Numbered from the stretch's first letter, positions 31,040 to 41,499 are shown. The stretch: 64,000 nucleotides of DNA from an uncultured Gammaproteobacteria bacterium (GCA_964196055.1 CAXMSF010000251.1:1101-65100), one strand, 5' to 3'. Program-made: numbers and translations. Notes: generated by a model not told the origin, from the sequence alone.

Positions 31040-31108
31040 GCGCGAGGTCTTGGGGGTGCCTGCCGCGAACGTTTGAAGAGAGCGGCAGGCACCCCCAAGA
31101 CCTCGCGC
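31040..31108. terminator. 27-bp perfect inverted repeat (15-nt loop) between convergent CBS and fumarase genes
   Basis: GCGCGAGGTCTTGGGGGTGCCTGCCGC (31040-31066) and its exact reverse complement (31082-31108). No U-tract. Confidence 0.5.
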
Positions 31109-31129
31109 GCGTTCCGATCGAGAGAGACC

Positions 31130-32782
31130 TCAGCCGATCTGGAGCGTGGGTGATGGTTTCTTGGACAGCAGGTCGGCGTAGAAGTCGTTGCCGTTTCCGT
31201 CCGTGACGATGAAGGCCGGGAAGTCTTCGACCTCGATGCGCCAGATCGCCTCCATGCCGAGTTCTTCGAACTCCTGCACCGCGACACTCTTGATGCTGTG
31301 GTCGGCGAGGCGCGCCGCAGGACCGCCGATCGAACCCAGGTAGAAACCGCCGTGCTTGCCGCACGCGTCCGCGACCTGCTTCGAGCGGTTGCCCTTCGCA
31401 AGCATCACCATACTGCCGCCGTGGCTCTGGAAGAGATCCACGTAGGAGTCCATCCGACCCGCCGTGGTCGGACCGAACGACCCGGACGCGCGGCCCTTGG
31501 GCGTCTTCGCCGGGCCGGCGTAGTAGACCATGTGATCCTTGAAGTACTGCGGCAGGTCTTCACCCGCATCCAGACGTTCTTTCAGCTTCGCATGCGCGAT
31601 GTCGCGCGCAACCACCATGGGGCCGCTGAGCGAGAGCCGCGTCGCGACGGGATACTTCGAGAGTTCCGCGAGAATCTCCGACATCGGGCGATTCAGGTCG
31701 ATCTCGACCACCTCCTGGCCCTCCTCGTCGCCCTGCACCTCCGGCAGGTACTTCGAGGGGTTGCTCTCGAGCTGCTCGAGGAAGACTCCTTCGGCGTTGA
31801 TCTTCGCGAGAATCTGCCGGTCTGCGGAACACGACACCCCGATCCCGACCGGGCACGACGCACCGTGCCGCGGCAGACGAATCACGCGCACGTCGTGGAC
31901 GAAGTACTTGCCGCCGAATTGTGCGCCGATGCCGGTCGCGTTGCAGAGCTCGTGGATCTTCTCCTCGAGTTCCGGATCGCGGAACGCGCGCCCGCCCTCG
32001 TTGCCGCTCGTGGGCAAGTCGTCGAGGTAGCGCGCCGACGCGAGTTTCACGGTCTTCAGCGTGAACTCGGCCGAGGTACCGCCGACCACGATGGCGAGGT
32101 GATACGGCGGGCAGGCCGAAGTTCCGATGGTCTTGATGTTCTCCTCGAGGAACTGCATCAGAGACTCGGGATTCAGCAGCGCTTTCGTCTGCTGATAGAG
32201 GAAGGTCTTGTTCGCCGAGCCGCCGCCCTTCGCCAAGAAGAGCAGCTCGTATTCGTCGCCGGGCTCCGCGTAGATCTCGATCTGGGCCGGCAGGTTCGTC
32301 GCGGTGTTCTTCTCGCGATACATGTCGAGCGGCGCGAGCTGCGAATAGCGCAGGTTCCGGATCTGATAGGCGTCGTAGATCCCGTGCGACAACGCCGCGG
32401 CGTCCTCGCTACCGGTCAGCACACGCTCGCCCTTGTGACCCATCACGATCACCGTGCCGGTATCCTGGCAGCTCGGCAGTTCACGCCCCGCGGCGATGTT
32501 CGCGTTCGTCAACAGCTCGAACGCGACGAAGCGGTCGTTGCTGGAGGCATCGGGGTCATCGAGGATCTTCGCGAGCTGCGCCAGGTGACCGGGGCGCAAC
32601 AGGTGCGAGACATCGTCCATCGCCTCCGCGGCGAGCAGTCGCAGTGCCTCGGGCGCAACCTCGAGTATGCGGCGACCGCCGACATCGACCGACTTCACGT
32701 GCCCTGACGCGGCGTCGAGTCGTCGGTACGGAATATCGCTGCCCGTGTGCTCGAACATCTTCTGGTATTCGAAATCTGCCAT
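31130..32782 (-). CDS. class I (Fe-S) fumarate hydratase, single-chain alpha+beta type
   Basis: Start at ATG 32782 ([16 protein letters not shown]), preceded by GGAGG. 550 aa with LPSCQDTGT and GGTSAE-type blocks. The 216-aa upstream extension in the ORF track is Arg/Ser-rich junk. Confidence 0.9.
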   Translation of the reverse strand: MADFEYQKMFEHTGSDIPYRRLDAASGHVKSVDVGGRRILEVAPEALRLLAAEAMDDVSHLLRPGHLAQLAKILDDPDASSNDRFVAFELLTNANIAAGRELPSCQDTGTVIVMGHKGERVLTGSEDAAALSHGIYDAYQIRNLRYSQLAPLDMYREKNTATNLPAQIEIYAEPGDEYELLFLAKGGGSANKTFLYQQTKALLNPESLMQFLEENIKTIGTSACPPYHLAIVVGGTSAEFTLKTVKLASARYLDDLPTSGNEGGRAFRDPELEEKIHELCNATGIGAQFGGKYFVHDVRVIRLPRHGASCPVGIGVSCSADRQILAKINAEGVFLEQLESNPSKYLPEVQGDEEGQEVVEIDLNRPMSEILAELSKYPVATRLSLSGPMVVARDIAHAKLKERLDAGEDLPQYFKDHMVYYAGPAKTPKGRASGSFGPTTAGRMDSYVDLFQSHGGSMVMLAKGNRSKQVADACGKHGGFYLGSIGGPAARLADHSIKSVAVQEFEELGMEAIWRIEVEDFPAFIVTDGNGNDFYADLLSKKPSPTLQIG

Positions 32783-32978
32783 CGGAGGACCTCCAGGAGT
32801 CGGAAGCGGCACGTGTCGAGCGGGGGGGAAGCCGGTTCCAAGAGATGAATCGAACCGCCGATCGCGCGGGACGGGCGGTGCGGAGCAGAAATATAGGCCA
32901 TCCCCGCCGCACGGGCCGCGCGATCGCAGCTTGTCGCGCGTCGCGATCGCTGCCAAGATCGCCCGGTCAGGAGGTTCC

Positions 32979-33614
32979 GTGCCGGGTTCCACGAAAGTGG
33001 TGATGTTCGATTTCGGGGGCGTCTTCACCGACTCACCCTTCGAGGCCGTCGCGCGCGTCGGCGCGAAGCTCGGTGCGGCGCCCGGGCAGATCGAGGCGCT
33101 GATTTTCGGCCCATACCATGAGGACACCGACCACGCCTGGCACCGGCTCGAACGCGGCGAGATCGAACTCGAGACCGCAGTCCGCGAAATCGCGGCTGCG
33201 GGGGCCGCCGACGATCTCGAGGTGAACCCGGTCGACATTCTCATGAACATGGGCGGCGGCGGCCTGCGCGAGGTCCTCGTCGAACGCGTCCGCGCGCTGC
33301 GCGATGCGGGCCTCGCCACCGCGCTCGTGACCAACAACGTCGCGGAGTTCCGCCCGCACTGGCGCGCGATGCTGCCGGTCGACGAACTCTTCGACCTCGT
33401 CGTCGACTCCAGCGAAGTCGGTGTCCGCAAGCCCGACCCCGCGATCTACCGACTCGCGCTCGAGGGGCTGGGCGGCGTCGCTCCCGAACGCGCCCTCTTC
33501 CTCGACGACCATCCGAGCAACATCTACGCCGCCGAGGCACTCGGCATCCGCGGCATCCTGGTCGACAGCGACCTGAGTGAAACGCTCGCCGCGCTCGACC
33601 GGTTGATCGCCTGA
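32979..33614 (+). CDS. HAD-family hydrolase (epoxide-hydrolase-N-terminal-phosphatase-like)
   Basis: AGGAGG then GTG 32979. [14 protein letters not shown] motif I, TNN motif, LFLDDHPSN motif. Confidence 0.65.
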   Translation: MPGSTKVVMFDFGGVFTDSPFEAVARVGAKLGAAPGQIEALIFGPYHEDTDHAWHRLERGEIELETAVREIAAAGAADDLEVNPVDILMNMGGGGLREVLVERVRALRDAGLATALVTNNVAEFRPHWRAMLPVDELFDLVVDSSEVGVRKPDPAIYRLALEGLGGVAPERALFLDDHPSNIYAAEALGIRGILVDSDLSETLAALDRLIA

Positions 33615-33741
33615 TCGAGCGCACAGCGCACCGGCCGCGCCACACACACCCGGCTCGACAGATCGCCGTGGAGGCGGCAAAATAGAACACGTTCCACTTC
33701 CCGTGAATCGTGCTCGATTCCGCGCCCCCCGAGAGGCCCCC

Positions 33742-34920
<1,179 letters not shown>

Positions 34921-34999
34921 ACCTGCGACCCGAGCAGGGTCACACGACGACTTGAAAGCGTTGGCCGCCAATCAGACGACGCGAATTCAGGAGACCCCG

Positions 35000-36112
35000 A
35001 TGGACTTTTCCTTCACGGACGAACAGCAGTCGATCGCCGACCTCGCGCAGCAGATCCTGCGGGACGCGTGCACGCAGGAGCGATTGAAGGCGGCCGAGAA
35101 GAGCGACGGGCCACGCTTCGACCGCGAGCTCTGGAACGACGTCTCCCAGGCGGGCCTGGTCGGCGTCGCGATCCCGGAGGATTGCGGCGGCGGCGGTCTC
35201 GGATTCTTCGAACTTGCGCTCGTCATCGAACAGATCGGCCGCACCACGGCACCGATTCCCTTCATCGAGACGAGCGTGCTCGGTGCACTTCCGATCGCGC
35301 AATTCGGCAGCGAAGCGCAGAAGAACGCACTGCTCCCGAAGGTGGCCGAGGGCGCACTGATCCTCACCGCGGCGTTGGTCGAGGACGAGCCGACGCTCGC
35401 CACCGCGGACGGCGACGGCTGGCTGCTCACGGGCACCAAGCTCTTCGTCCCAGCGGCCCAGCTTGCGGACCGCATCCTGGTTCCGGCCGACATCGCGGGC
35501 GGCGGATCCGGAGTCTTTCTCGTCGATGCCGGCGCGGATGGCGTCCGGATCGAAGACCTCGACACCACCAGCGGCCAGCCGGAAGCCGTCGTCACATTCG
35601 ACGCTGTACGGGTTGGCGGCAACGACCTGCTCGGCGACAAGAGCAATGGGGCCGAAATTGCGAGCTGGATCGAACTTCATGCCACCGCGGCCCTCGCCTC
35701 GCTCAGCCTCGGTGTGTGTGAAGAAGCGCTCGAACTCACCGCCGAATACACCAAGACGCGCAAGCAATTCGACCAGCCGATCGCGATGTTCCAGGCTGTC
35801 GGCCACCGCGCGGCCGATGCCTACATCGACACCGAGGGAATCCGCTTGACCTCATGGCAGGCCGCCTGGCGCCTGGGCGCGGGAATGCCCGCCGAGACCG
35901 AAGTGGCGGTCGCGAAGTTCTGGGCCGCCGAAGGCGGCTCTCGAGTCGTGCTCGCAGCGCAACACCTCCACGGCGGTGTCGGGGTCGACCGGGACTACCC
36001 GGTCCACCGCTGCTACATCTACGCGCGCCAGCTCGAGCTCACGCTCGGCGGCGGCACCCCGCAGCTGCTCACGATCGGACGCATGCTCGCCGACGAGCCT
36101 GCCACGGTCTGA
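35000..36112 (+). CDS. acyl-CoA dehydrogenase family protein (second subunit-like)
   Basis: Start ATG 35000 (MDFSFTDEQQSIADL). ACAD fold blocks. Adjacent to 33742..34920. Confidence 0.8.
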   Translation: MDFSFTDEQQSIADLAQQILRDACTQERLKAAEKSDGPRFDRELWNDVSQAGLVGVAIPEDCGGGGLGFFELALVIEQIGRTTAPIPFIETSVLGALPIAQFGSEAQKNALLPKVAEGALILTAALVEDEPTLATADGDGWLLTGTKLFVPAAQLADRILVPADIAGGGSGVFLVDAGADGVRIEDLDTTSGQPEAVVTFDAVRVGGNDLLGDKSNGAEIASWIELHATAALASLSLGVCEEALELTAEYTKTRKQFDQPIAMFQAVGHRAADAYIDTEGIRLTSWQAAWRLGAGMPAETEVAVAKFWAAEGGSRVVLAAQHLHGGVGVDRDYPVHRCYIYARQLELTLGGGTPQLLTIGRMLADEPATV

Positions 36113-36139
36113 GCCCCCCGAAGACCGAGGAGGAATTCC

Positions 36140-36601
36140 ATGCCCAAGCGCAGGGACGAGGTCGCGATGACCGACGCCGAGTTACGGGATTTCATCGAGA
36201 GCCAGAAGACCATCCAGGTCGCGACGATCAACAAGGACGGGACGCCCCACCTGGTGCCGCTGTGGTTCGCGGTTGTCGACGGTGACATCGTGCTCGAAAC
36301 CTTCACGAAGTCACAAAAGGTCGTGAATCTCGAGCGCGACCCACGCATGACGGTGCTGCTCGAGGCGGGCGAGGTCTATGAAGAGCTCCGCGGCGCAACG
36401 ATCTACGCCGAGGCCGAGCTCGTTCAGGACGTCGACCGGGTTCACGATCTCCACATGGCGGTGTTGACCCGCAATACCGACATCCCGGTCGAAACACTCG
36501 ACAAAGTCTCGCGTGGCATGGCGCCGAAGAAGACCGCGATCGTGGTGAAGGTCAAGCGCTGCTTCAGCTGGGACCACCGCAAGCTCGGCGGAGTCTACTG
36601 A
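36140..36601 (+). CDS. pyridoxamine 5'-phosphate oxidase-family (PPOX-class, possibly F420/FMN-dependent) protein
   Basis: IQVATINKDGTPHLVPLWFAVVDGDIVLETFTKSQKVVNLERDPR, a typical PPOX-class split-barrel N-terminus. Confidence 0.65.
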   Translation: MPKRRDEVAMTDAELRDFIESQKTIQVATINKDGTPHLVPLWFAVVDGDIVLETFTKSQKVVNLERDPRMTVLLEAGEVYEELRGATIYAEAELVQDVDRVHDLHMAVLTRNTDIPVETLDKVSRGMAPKKTAIVVKVKRCFSWDHRKLGGVY

Positions 36602-36645
36602 GCGCGACGCCGCTCGATCCCGAACTACCTCAGGGGGTTGTAGCC

Positions 36646-37305
36646 ATGGGCGAGCGCCGCCTGGACAGGCCCGAGCACGACGTGTTGAAGCGCGAGGTCG
36701 CAAACCGGCTGCGCGACGCGGTCGCAGCGCTGGCCGAGTGCGAACATCCCGACGGCGAACTCGCCGATGTCGCAGCCCTCGCGAAATCGCTGGCCGATCG
36801 GCTCGCGGGTCCGCACCGAAAGCGCTGGTACGAAGCCGACCCCGAAGACGAGGCCCTCCGTACGTCCTATCTCGACTACAGCCCGATCCGCGGGCCCTAT
36901 AACGCCATCGCGCCCGAGATGCAGCTCGACTACGTCGAAGGCTCGGACGGCCAGCGGCGCGTCGAGGGGCACGCGCGGCTGAGCCCCGCATACGAGGGGC
37001 CGCCGCACGGCGTGCACGGCGGCTGGGTCGCCGCGATCATGGATGAGCTGCTTGGCTTCGCACAAGGGCTCGCCGGGCAGCACGGCGTGACCGCGACGCT
37101 CAAGATCCGCTACCGGCACGTCACGCCGATCGACGAGGACCTCCGCCTCTCCGCCTGGATCCATGAAGATCGCGGTCGCGTGCTGATCGTCCGGGGCACC
37201 TGCCACGCGGGCGACACCCTCACCGCGGACGCCGAAGGCATGTTCGCCCGGATCCAATTCGACGAAATCCGCGACCGCATGCGCGAGCGACGCACAGCCG
37301 ACTGA
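36646..37305 (+). CDS. PaaI-family (hotdog-fold) thioesterase
   Basis: GPPHGVHGGWVAAIMDELLG...ATLKIRYRHVTP, a hotdog thioesterase core. Confidence 0.7.
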   Translation: MGERRLDRPEHDVLKREVANRLRDAVAALAECEHPDGELADVAALAKSLADRLAGPHRKRWYEADPEDEALRTSYLDYSPIRGPYNAIAPEMQLDYVEGSDGQRRVEGHARLSPAYEGPPHGVHGGWVAAIMDELLGFAQGLAGQHGVTATLKIRYRHVTPIDEDLRLSAWIHEDRGRVLIVRGTCHAGDTLTADAEGMFARIQFDEIRDRMRERRTAD

Positions 37306-37326
37306 GGGCCCGACTTCGCATCCGAC

Positions 37327-37357
37327 GGCGCCTGGCGCGCGGGCGCGAACAGGCGCC
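37327..37357. terminator. GC hairpin (GGCGCCTG / CAGGCGCC, 15-nt loop) between convergent genes, at the left edge of the glycan island
   Basis: Read directly. Confidence 0.35.
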
Positions 37358-37365
37358 CTACCCGA

Positions 37366-38136
37366 TCACGAGTAGAGTTCTTCTGTCTCCGGAATGTGGC
37401 CGAAGATCTCGAGTGAAAGCTCGACGAGTTCCTTGTCCTCGAACAGCCGGCGATAGCTCGGCTCGTCCCTGGACAGCTTCCAGCGCTCGAACAGGCCCAT
37501 GCGATCGGCATTCTTGACCTTCCGCTTTTCGAACGTGCTACCGCCGCCTTCGCGCGTCGTCCGGTTCCAATGCCTGCTCCTGTAGGAAACACCCAGCCGG
37601 TCGGCGAGCTCCCGGCGGTACTCTTCGTCCATCAACCACTTGTTGTAGTTGACCGCGATCATGTTGGGCAGGATCTTGGTTCGCCCGGTGAACTCGGCCG
37701 CATGGTTCTTCCACAGGTCGATCGTCCGCTGCGGGTCGGTAAGAAGCGTTTCGCGAATCCGGCGCCCTTCACCGTGGTTCAGGCGGCTCGAGAAGAGGTT
37801 GAAGGGATCGCGCATGCACAGCAGATAATGGGTGTCGAGGGCGTGCCCCACGTGTACCTCGTGATCCTGGATCAACCGACTCGGGCTGCTGATCTCCTCC
37901 CGCACCGGCTGATCTTCGTAGTTGACCATGAACAACTCGAGATCACCGCTCGTGTCGCCGTCGGCGATGTCCTTCTTGTTCGTGCCGAATTCATCCCGGT
38001 ACGACTTGCGGTTGTTGCAGAAAGTCTTCGGTGCGCCGTACATGCGGTAGACGAAGTGCACGATGGCATGCTGCCCGGAGCGCCGCATCGCAAAGACGAT
38101 CAATTGGTTCTTGGTGGTGCGCATGTCGAACGGCAA
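37366..38136 (-). CDS. sulfotransferase-like P-loop protein
   Basis: LIVFAMRRSGQHAIV (5'-PSB-like loop) and LLCMRDPFNLFSSRL (3'-PB-like RDP...S). Visibly more AT-rich than the flanking DNA. Confidence 0.5.
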   Translation of the reverse strand: MPFDMRTTKNQLIVFAMRRSGQHAIVHFVYRMYGAPKTFCNNRKSYRDEFGTNKKDIADGDTSGDLELFMVNYEDQPVREEISSPSRLIQDHEVHVGHALDTHYLLCMRDPFNLFSSRLNHGEGRRIRETLLTDPQRTIDLWKNHAAEFTGRTKILPNMIAVNYNKWLMDEEYRRELADRLGVSYRSRHWNRTTREGGGSTFEKRKVKNADRMGLFERWKLSRDEPSYRRLFEDKELVELSLEIFGHIPETEELYS

Positions 38137-38341
38137 CCCGTGTCCGGCGGACGAAATTTCGAATCACCCGAGAATAGGGTACGTGGAGTGTCTCTACCTC
38201 CGGTCGCGGCAGCCCACGGCAATGCGCCGAATCGGCTCGGGAGTCGGCCGTGCTACCTCTCCTCCGTGTTTTCGGGCTCGCCCCAACGGCGAACGCGCCC
38301 CGGGCATGGAGAGCGCCGACGCGCCCACTGCGGCCAGAGCG

Positions 38342-39124
38342 ATGGGAAAGATGAAAACTGCCTTTTCGATCCCCGCAAACGCCGATTCGTGTTGGGCGCA
38401 TCTGACCCATAGCGCCGCCCGAACCATCCAGATCCAAGACGAGTATGAGCGAGTCGCCAACCTGGGTTGCGGTACGGGATGGGCCATCGCGAGTCTCGCG
38501 GCCAGACATCCCGCTACGAAATTGGTAGGTGTCGATCCCGCCGCGCAAATGTGCGTTCAGGCCGTGCAACGAACGGAGTCTCTTCCCAACTGTCACGATT
38601 CTCGAAGGATCGTTCGAGGCGATTCCCCTCGAGAGCGCTTCGCTCGATTATCTGTACAGCACGCTTTCCTTCCACTGGTGCACGGACCTGGACAAGGCGG
38701 TGGCCGAGCTGAAGCGCGTACCCAAGCCGGGTGGAGAAATGGATCTGATGTTCATCGGCCGGGATAATGGCCGAGAATTCATCCAAGTCACGACGCCTCT
38801 CTTCCTGTCGTACATGGGGCCCAAGCTTCTTCTGGAATCCGCCCGACTCCGAAAGCAGCTGGAGCGAAACGCCGCGGAGGATCTGTTCCGGCAGGCGTTC
38901 CCGGACCGAATCCTGGAGGTGAGCGAGCGCTACGAGACCCACTACGACAGCCTCGAAGGACACTGGGGCTGGGGTGGGTGCGGATCGAGGGTCACTTCAT
39001 TCAGATCCCGCCGGCGAAGCAGCTGGAGTGCGACGCGAAGGTGAAGGCGGCGGTCGCGAGCCTGGAAAACGCTCGCGGCATCCCCCACACGACGCACCTG
39101 CTGCACGTGAAGTTGCGCAGGTGA
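38342..39124 (+). pseudogene. class I SAM-dependent methyltransferase interrupted by two compensating frameshifts
   Basis: The first frame gives VANLGCGTGWAIASLAARHPATKLVGVDPAAQM...ESLPN. After about 38591 the sense continues in the +1 frame: VTILEGSFEAIPLESASLDYLYSTLSFHWCTDLDKAVAELKRVPKPGGEMDLMF...EGHWGW. After about 38970 (G-rich run) it returns to the first frame: WVRIEGHFIQIPPAKQ...HVKLRR*. Confidence 0.6.
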
Positions 39125-39378
39125 CCCTGGGGTCGGCTATCGCCCCGAATGCGGTTCCAGCCTTCGCGCGAGTTCGTGCCCCACGAGCCGAGCGACCCGG
39201 CTACCCGATAGCGCCCAGGGTTCGTGGAGCGCTCGCATGAGAGCTCGCTCAGACGTCGAGCGAAGGCCCCAGAACCTCCTCAGATGATCGCCCCACGCCC
39301 CGGGGGGATCCCTGCGTTCGATTCCCAGCGGAGCAAGTTGACTTGTCGAGCTGCTAAGTAGAATTGAAAACTATTGCC

Positions 39379-39407
39379 TTGACGGAACTAGTCGATGGTG
39401 GGAAAAT
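39379..39407 (+). promoter_or_regulatory. candidate sigma70-type promoter (TTGACG-17 nt-GAAAAT) in an AT-rich patch
   Basis: Read directly. It lies 65 nt upstream of ATG 39472, and the surrounding 39340-39471 is the most AT-rich stretch of the window. Confidence 0.3.
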
Positions 39408-39471
39408 ACCTCACATAATACGCGCCAAGGCGGTGCGTGTTGCAAAATTAGAAAAATAGGGAAAATAGAAA

Positions 39472-40533
39472 ATGTCGACCTACTTCGTTCGAATCCTCCG
39501 CGGCGGCACCCGAGCTGCGGCTGCACTCGCGCTTCTCGCACTCCCCCTGGCCGCCAACGCGGCGGTCGAAATCGATCCCGGGTATACCGAGAGCAACCTC
39601 ATGGCCGACGGCTACAACACCCTCGAAAAGTGCGACGCGACTGACACCGAAGCCTGCGCGGTTGCGGCCGACGTCGCCGACAACGAGATCGGTGCACTCG
39701 TCAACGCCCAGATCCTTGGCGCCGGAGCCGCGAGCGGTGAGGTCTACACGGACTTCAGCATCAGCGGCGACAGCGAGGCCGTTCTGCTTGGCTCCTCTGT
39801 GGCGGCCCGGGTCGATGTCGACGGACTCCTCACGTCCCTCGCGGTCGATGCGATAGCGTCGGTCGATGTCTCGCTTCATGTCATGGACATGACTGCCGGC
39901 GTGTTGGTAGGCGCCCAGACGGTGGCTAACCACACGATCGTGAACGGGTTGTTGCCCGTCTCGCACTCGAACGCCGTGGTGATTCCCGTCGCGCTGACGC
40001 GCGGCCACGATTATCGAATCAGCCTGATCATCGCGGCGGAGGCCGTGGGCAGCGCCGTGGAACTGGGCGGCGGCAGCGCGCAGTCCGCCTTCATCAATAC
40101 GGCGAGATGGATGGGCTTGTCGGTGACCGCGGGACAGGATCCCTTCGGTGCGATCGCCGATCTCGAAGACCGCGTCTCGGACGTGGAGGACGACGTGGCA
40201 TGGCTGATTCCTGTGGTCCGGCAGCTGGTCGCTGATCTGGATGCCCTCGAGGCGCTCGTGGATCGGATCGCGAACGCGCTTCGGGATCTGCAGCAGACCG
40301 TCGCGGAGCTTCGCGAAGACTTCGACAATCACACCCACACCTACCTCACCGGGAAGGGCGTCGGACACAACAACACAGAGGCGACGACGACCTTGCCGAT
40401 GGATGGAGCTTCGATTCAACCGGTGACCACCCCGGGAAACAGCGGGAACACCAACCCGAACGCATCGTCATCCGAGTCGAGTGCATCGGAGAAATCGTGC
40501 AGCAGGAAAGACAGGCGGCGTAATCGCTGCTAG
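39472..40533 (+). CDS. secreted hypothetical protein with C-terminal coiled coil
   Basis: Signal peptide ...ALPLAANA|AVE. Acidic heptad-like region DLEDRVSDVEDDVAWL...LDALEALVDRIANALRDLQQTVAELREDF, then NHTHTYLTGKGVGHNNTEA, a Ser/Asn/Thr-rich tail and a basic Cys-containing end (KSCSRKDRRRNRC). Confidence 0.6.
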   Translation: MSTYFVRILRGGTRAAAALALLALPLAANAAVEIDPGYTESNLMADGYNTLEKCDATDTEACAVAADVADNEIGALVNAQILGAGAASGEVYTDFSISGDSEAVLLGSSVAARVDVDGLLTSLAVDAIASVDVSLHVMDMTAGVLVGAQTVANHTIVNGLLPVSHSNAVVIPVALTRGHDYRISLIIAAEAVGSAVELGGGSAQSAFINTARWMGLSVTAGQDPFGAIADLEDRVSDVEDDVAWLIPVVRQLVADLDALEALVDRIANALRDLQQTVAELREDFDNHTHTYLTGKGVGHNNTEATTTLPMDGASIQPVTTPGNSGNTNPNASSSESSASEKSCSRKDRRRNRC

Positions 40534-40545
40534 CGAGCGAGATAC

Positions 40546-40581
40546 CGCCGCCGCCGGGGCTCGTCAGCCCCGGCGGCGGCG
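40546..40581. terminator. 16-bp perfect GC stem (CGCCGCCGCCGGGGCT / AGCCCCGGCGGCGGCG) with a 4-nt loop between convergent ORFs
   Basis: Read directly. Confidence 0.5.
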
Positions 40582-40861
40582 AGCAACGCGCCACCCCGTC
40601 GCACGACGAGGGGGAACCTGGAAGAGACCGCGCGCGGCCTGCCGGACCTCCGGGTCGCTCAGGCGAAAGACCGCGCGATCGAGTGCGTAGTGGAGGAAGG
40701 CGGTCGCGAAGCCGATGGCGACGAGCGCCTGTACCCCACGCGAAATTCGACAGCGCATCCGCAACCGTCGGCATGACCTTTTTGGCGAAGCCCGGTTCGC
40801 CCTGGTCGAGTGCTTCGATTTCCATGATCGGGAGCAGCAGCGCCGAGAGCGCCACGAGCAC
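40564..40861 (-). pseudogene. 3' fragment of an integral-membrane-protein gene, with a frameshift in a G4 run
   Basis: One frame gives (A)ALSLVLVALSALLLPIMEIEALDQGEPGFAKKVMPTVADALSNFAWG. After the CCCC run at 40734-40737 the sense continues in another frame (VQALVAIGFATAFLHYALDRAVFRLSDPEVRQAARGL...*). Upstream the frame is closed by stops inside the 94-bp repeat, so the 5' part of the gene is missing. Confidence 0.45.
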
Positions 40862-40872
40862 GAGGCTGAGTG

Positions 40873-40966
40873 CCGCCTACGGTCCAGTCTCAGCCGCTTA
40901 CCCCATGGGAACTTGACACTTCGTACCTTATCGGAAATCGATCGCCCGCTTCTTTGTCCTACCCGT
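40873..40966. repeat. 94-bp repeat, copy 1
   Basis: CCGCCTACGGTCCAGTCTCAGCCGCTTACCCCATGGGAACTTGACACTTCGTACCTTATCGGAAATCGATCGCCCGCTTCTTTGTCCTACCCGT. Identical to 42659-42752 except for 2 substitutions. Confidence 0.9.
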
Positions 40967-41033
40967 TGAAGGACCTTTCCCAGGCGCACTACTTGAGCGC
41001 CGCGCAGATGATGGACCTCGAGGCCGGCGCTGC

Positions 41034-41492
41034 CTCGAGCGCCGCCAGATCGAACTGGTGGCGGCGCGCGTCTCCGCCGGCCGCGAGTGCTTCTACTGAA
41101 CCAGCTCCCACGCAATGCTGCTCCGTGCGAGCGGCGAGGTCTCCGGAAACGCGGTGGACGTCTCGGCCATCACCGACGACGCCGCCGCCCAGGCGAGCGG
41201 CATCGCCCACGCCGAAGCGCTGCTGGCCTTCGCCGCGGCGGCGGCCCGACGCGACGACGCCGGCCTCACGGCTGCACGAGCACGCCTGCTGGACGAGACG
41301 GGAGCGGAGGCGTTGGTGGGCGCCGCCGCGGTGGTAGGAAACTTCGAGCGAATGACCCGCATCGCCGACTCGACGGGCATCCCCCTCGACACGCCGACTG
41401 GCTCCCGAGATCGTCTGACTGGTTCGGGAAGCAGGGCTTCGGATGAGCCCCCGATGGAACAGTGCGAAGCGGCACACCCAGGGTTAGAGTGA
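41034..41492 (+). pseudogene. AhpD/carboxymuconolactone-decarboxylase-like ORF lacking a normal start, with an in-frame TGA at the second Cys of the CxxCxxxH motif (nonsense mutation or selenocysteine codon)
   Basis: Same-frame translation: LERRQIELVAARVSAGRECFY-TGA(41097-41099)-TSSHAMLLRASGEVS...AAVVGNFERMTRIADSTGIPLD. No in-frame ATG/GTG/TTG occurs between the upstream stop (40914) and 41058. Confidence 0.5.
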
Positions 41493-41499
41493 TGAAAAA

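Noticed and set aside
39290-39336. tRNA-like T-arm (CTGCG-TTCGATT-CCCAG followed by CGGAGCA), considered as a tRNA gene or tRNA-derived att site at an island junction
   Set aside because: No complementary 5' acceptor strand is present. The putative anticodon loop (ACGCCCC) lacks the conserved U33, and one T-stem pair is mismatched. I cannot support a tRNA or a tRNA fragment.
40873-40966. The 94-bp repeat as a known RNA or mobile element. Candidates considered: TPP-riboswitch-like CUGAGA...CGUAGG on the reverse strand, integron attC, MITE, group II intron end, and a promoter cassette with TTGACA.
   Set aside because: It is too short and lacks the other conserved TPP elements. It has no terminal inverted repeats or target-site duplications, no R''/R' attC cores and no domain V-like hairpin. 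No acceptable -10 box lies 16-18 nt after TTGACA. It is kept as an unexplained repeat instead.
41097-41099. Genome-wide TGA reassignment (TGA read as Trp or Gly) as the explanation for the in-frame TGA
   Set aside because: Many confidently called genes here (for example nqrF, nqrE, the 37366..38136 sulfotransferase-like gene, and the neuB-like/HAD and batA overlaps) terminate with TGA at the expected protein ends.
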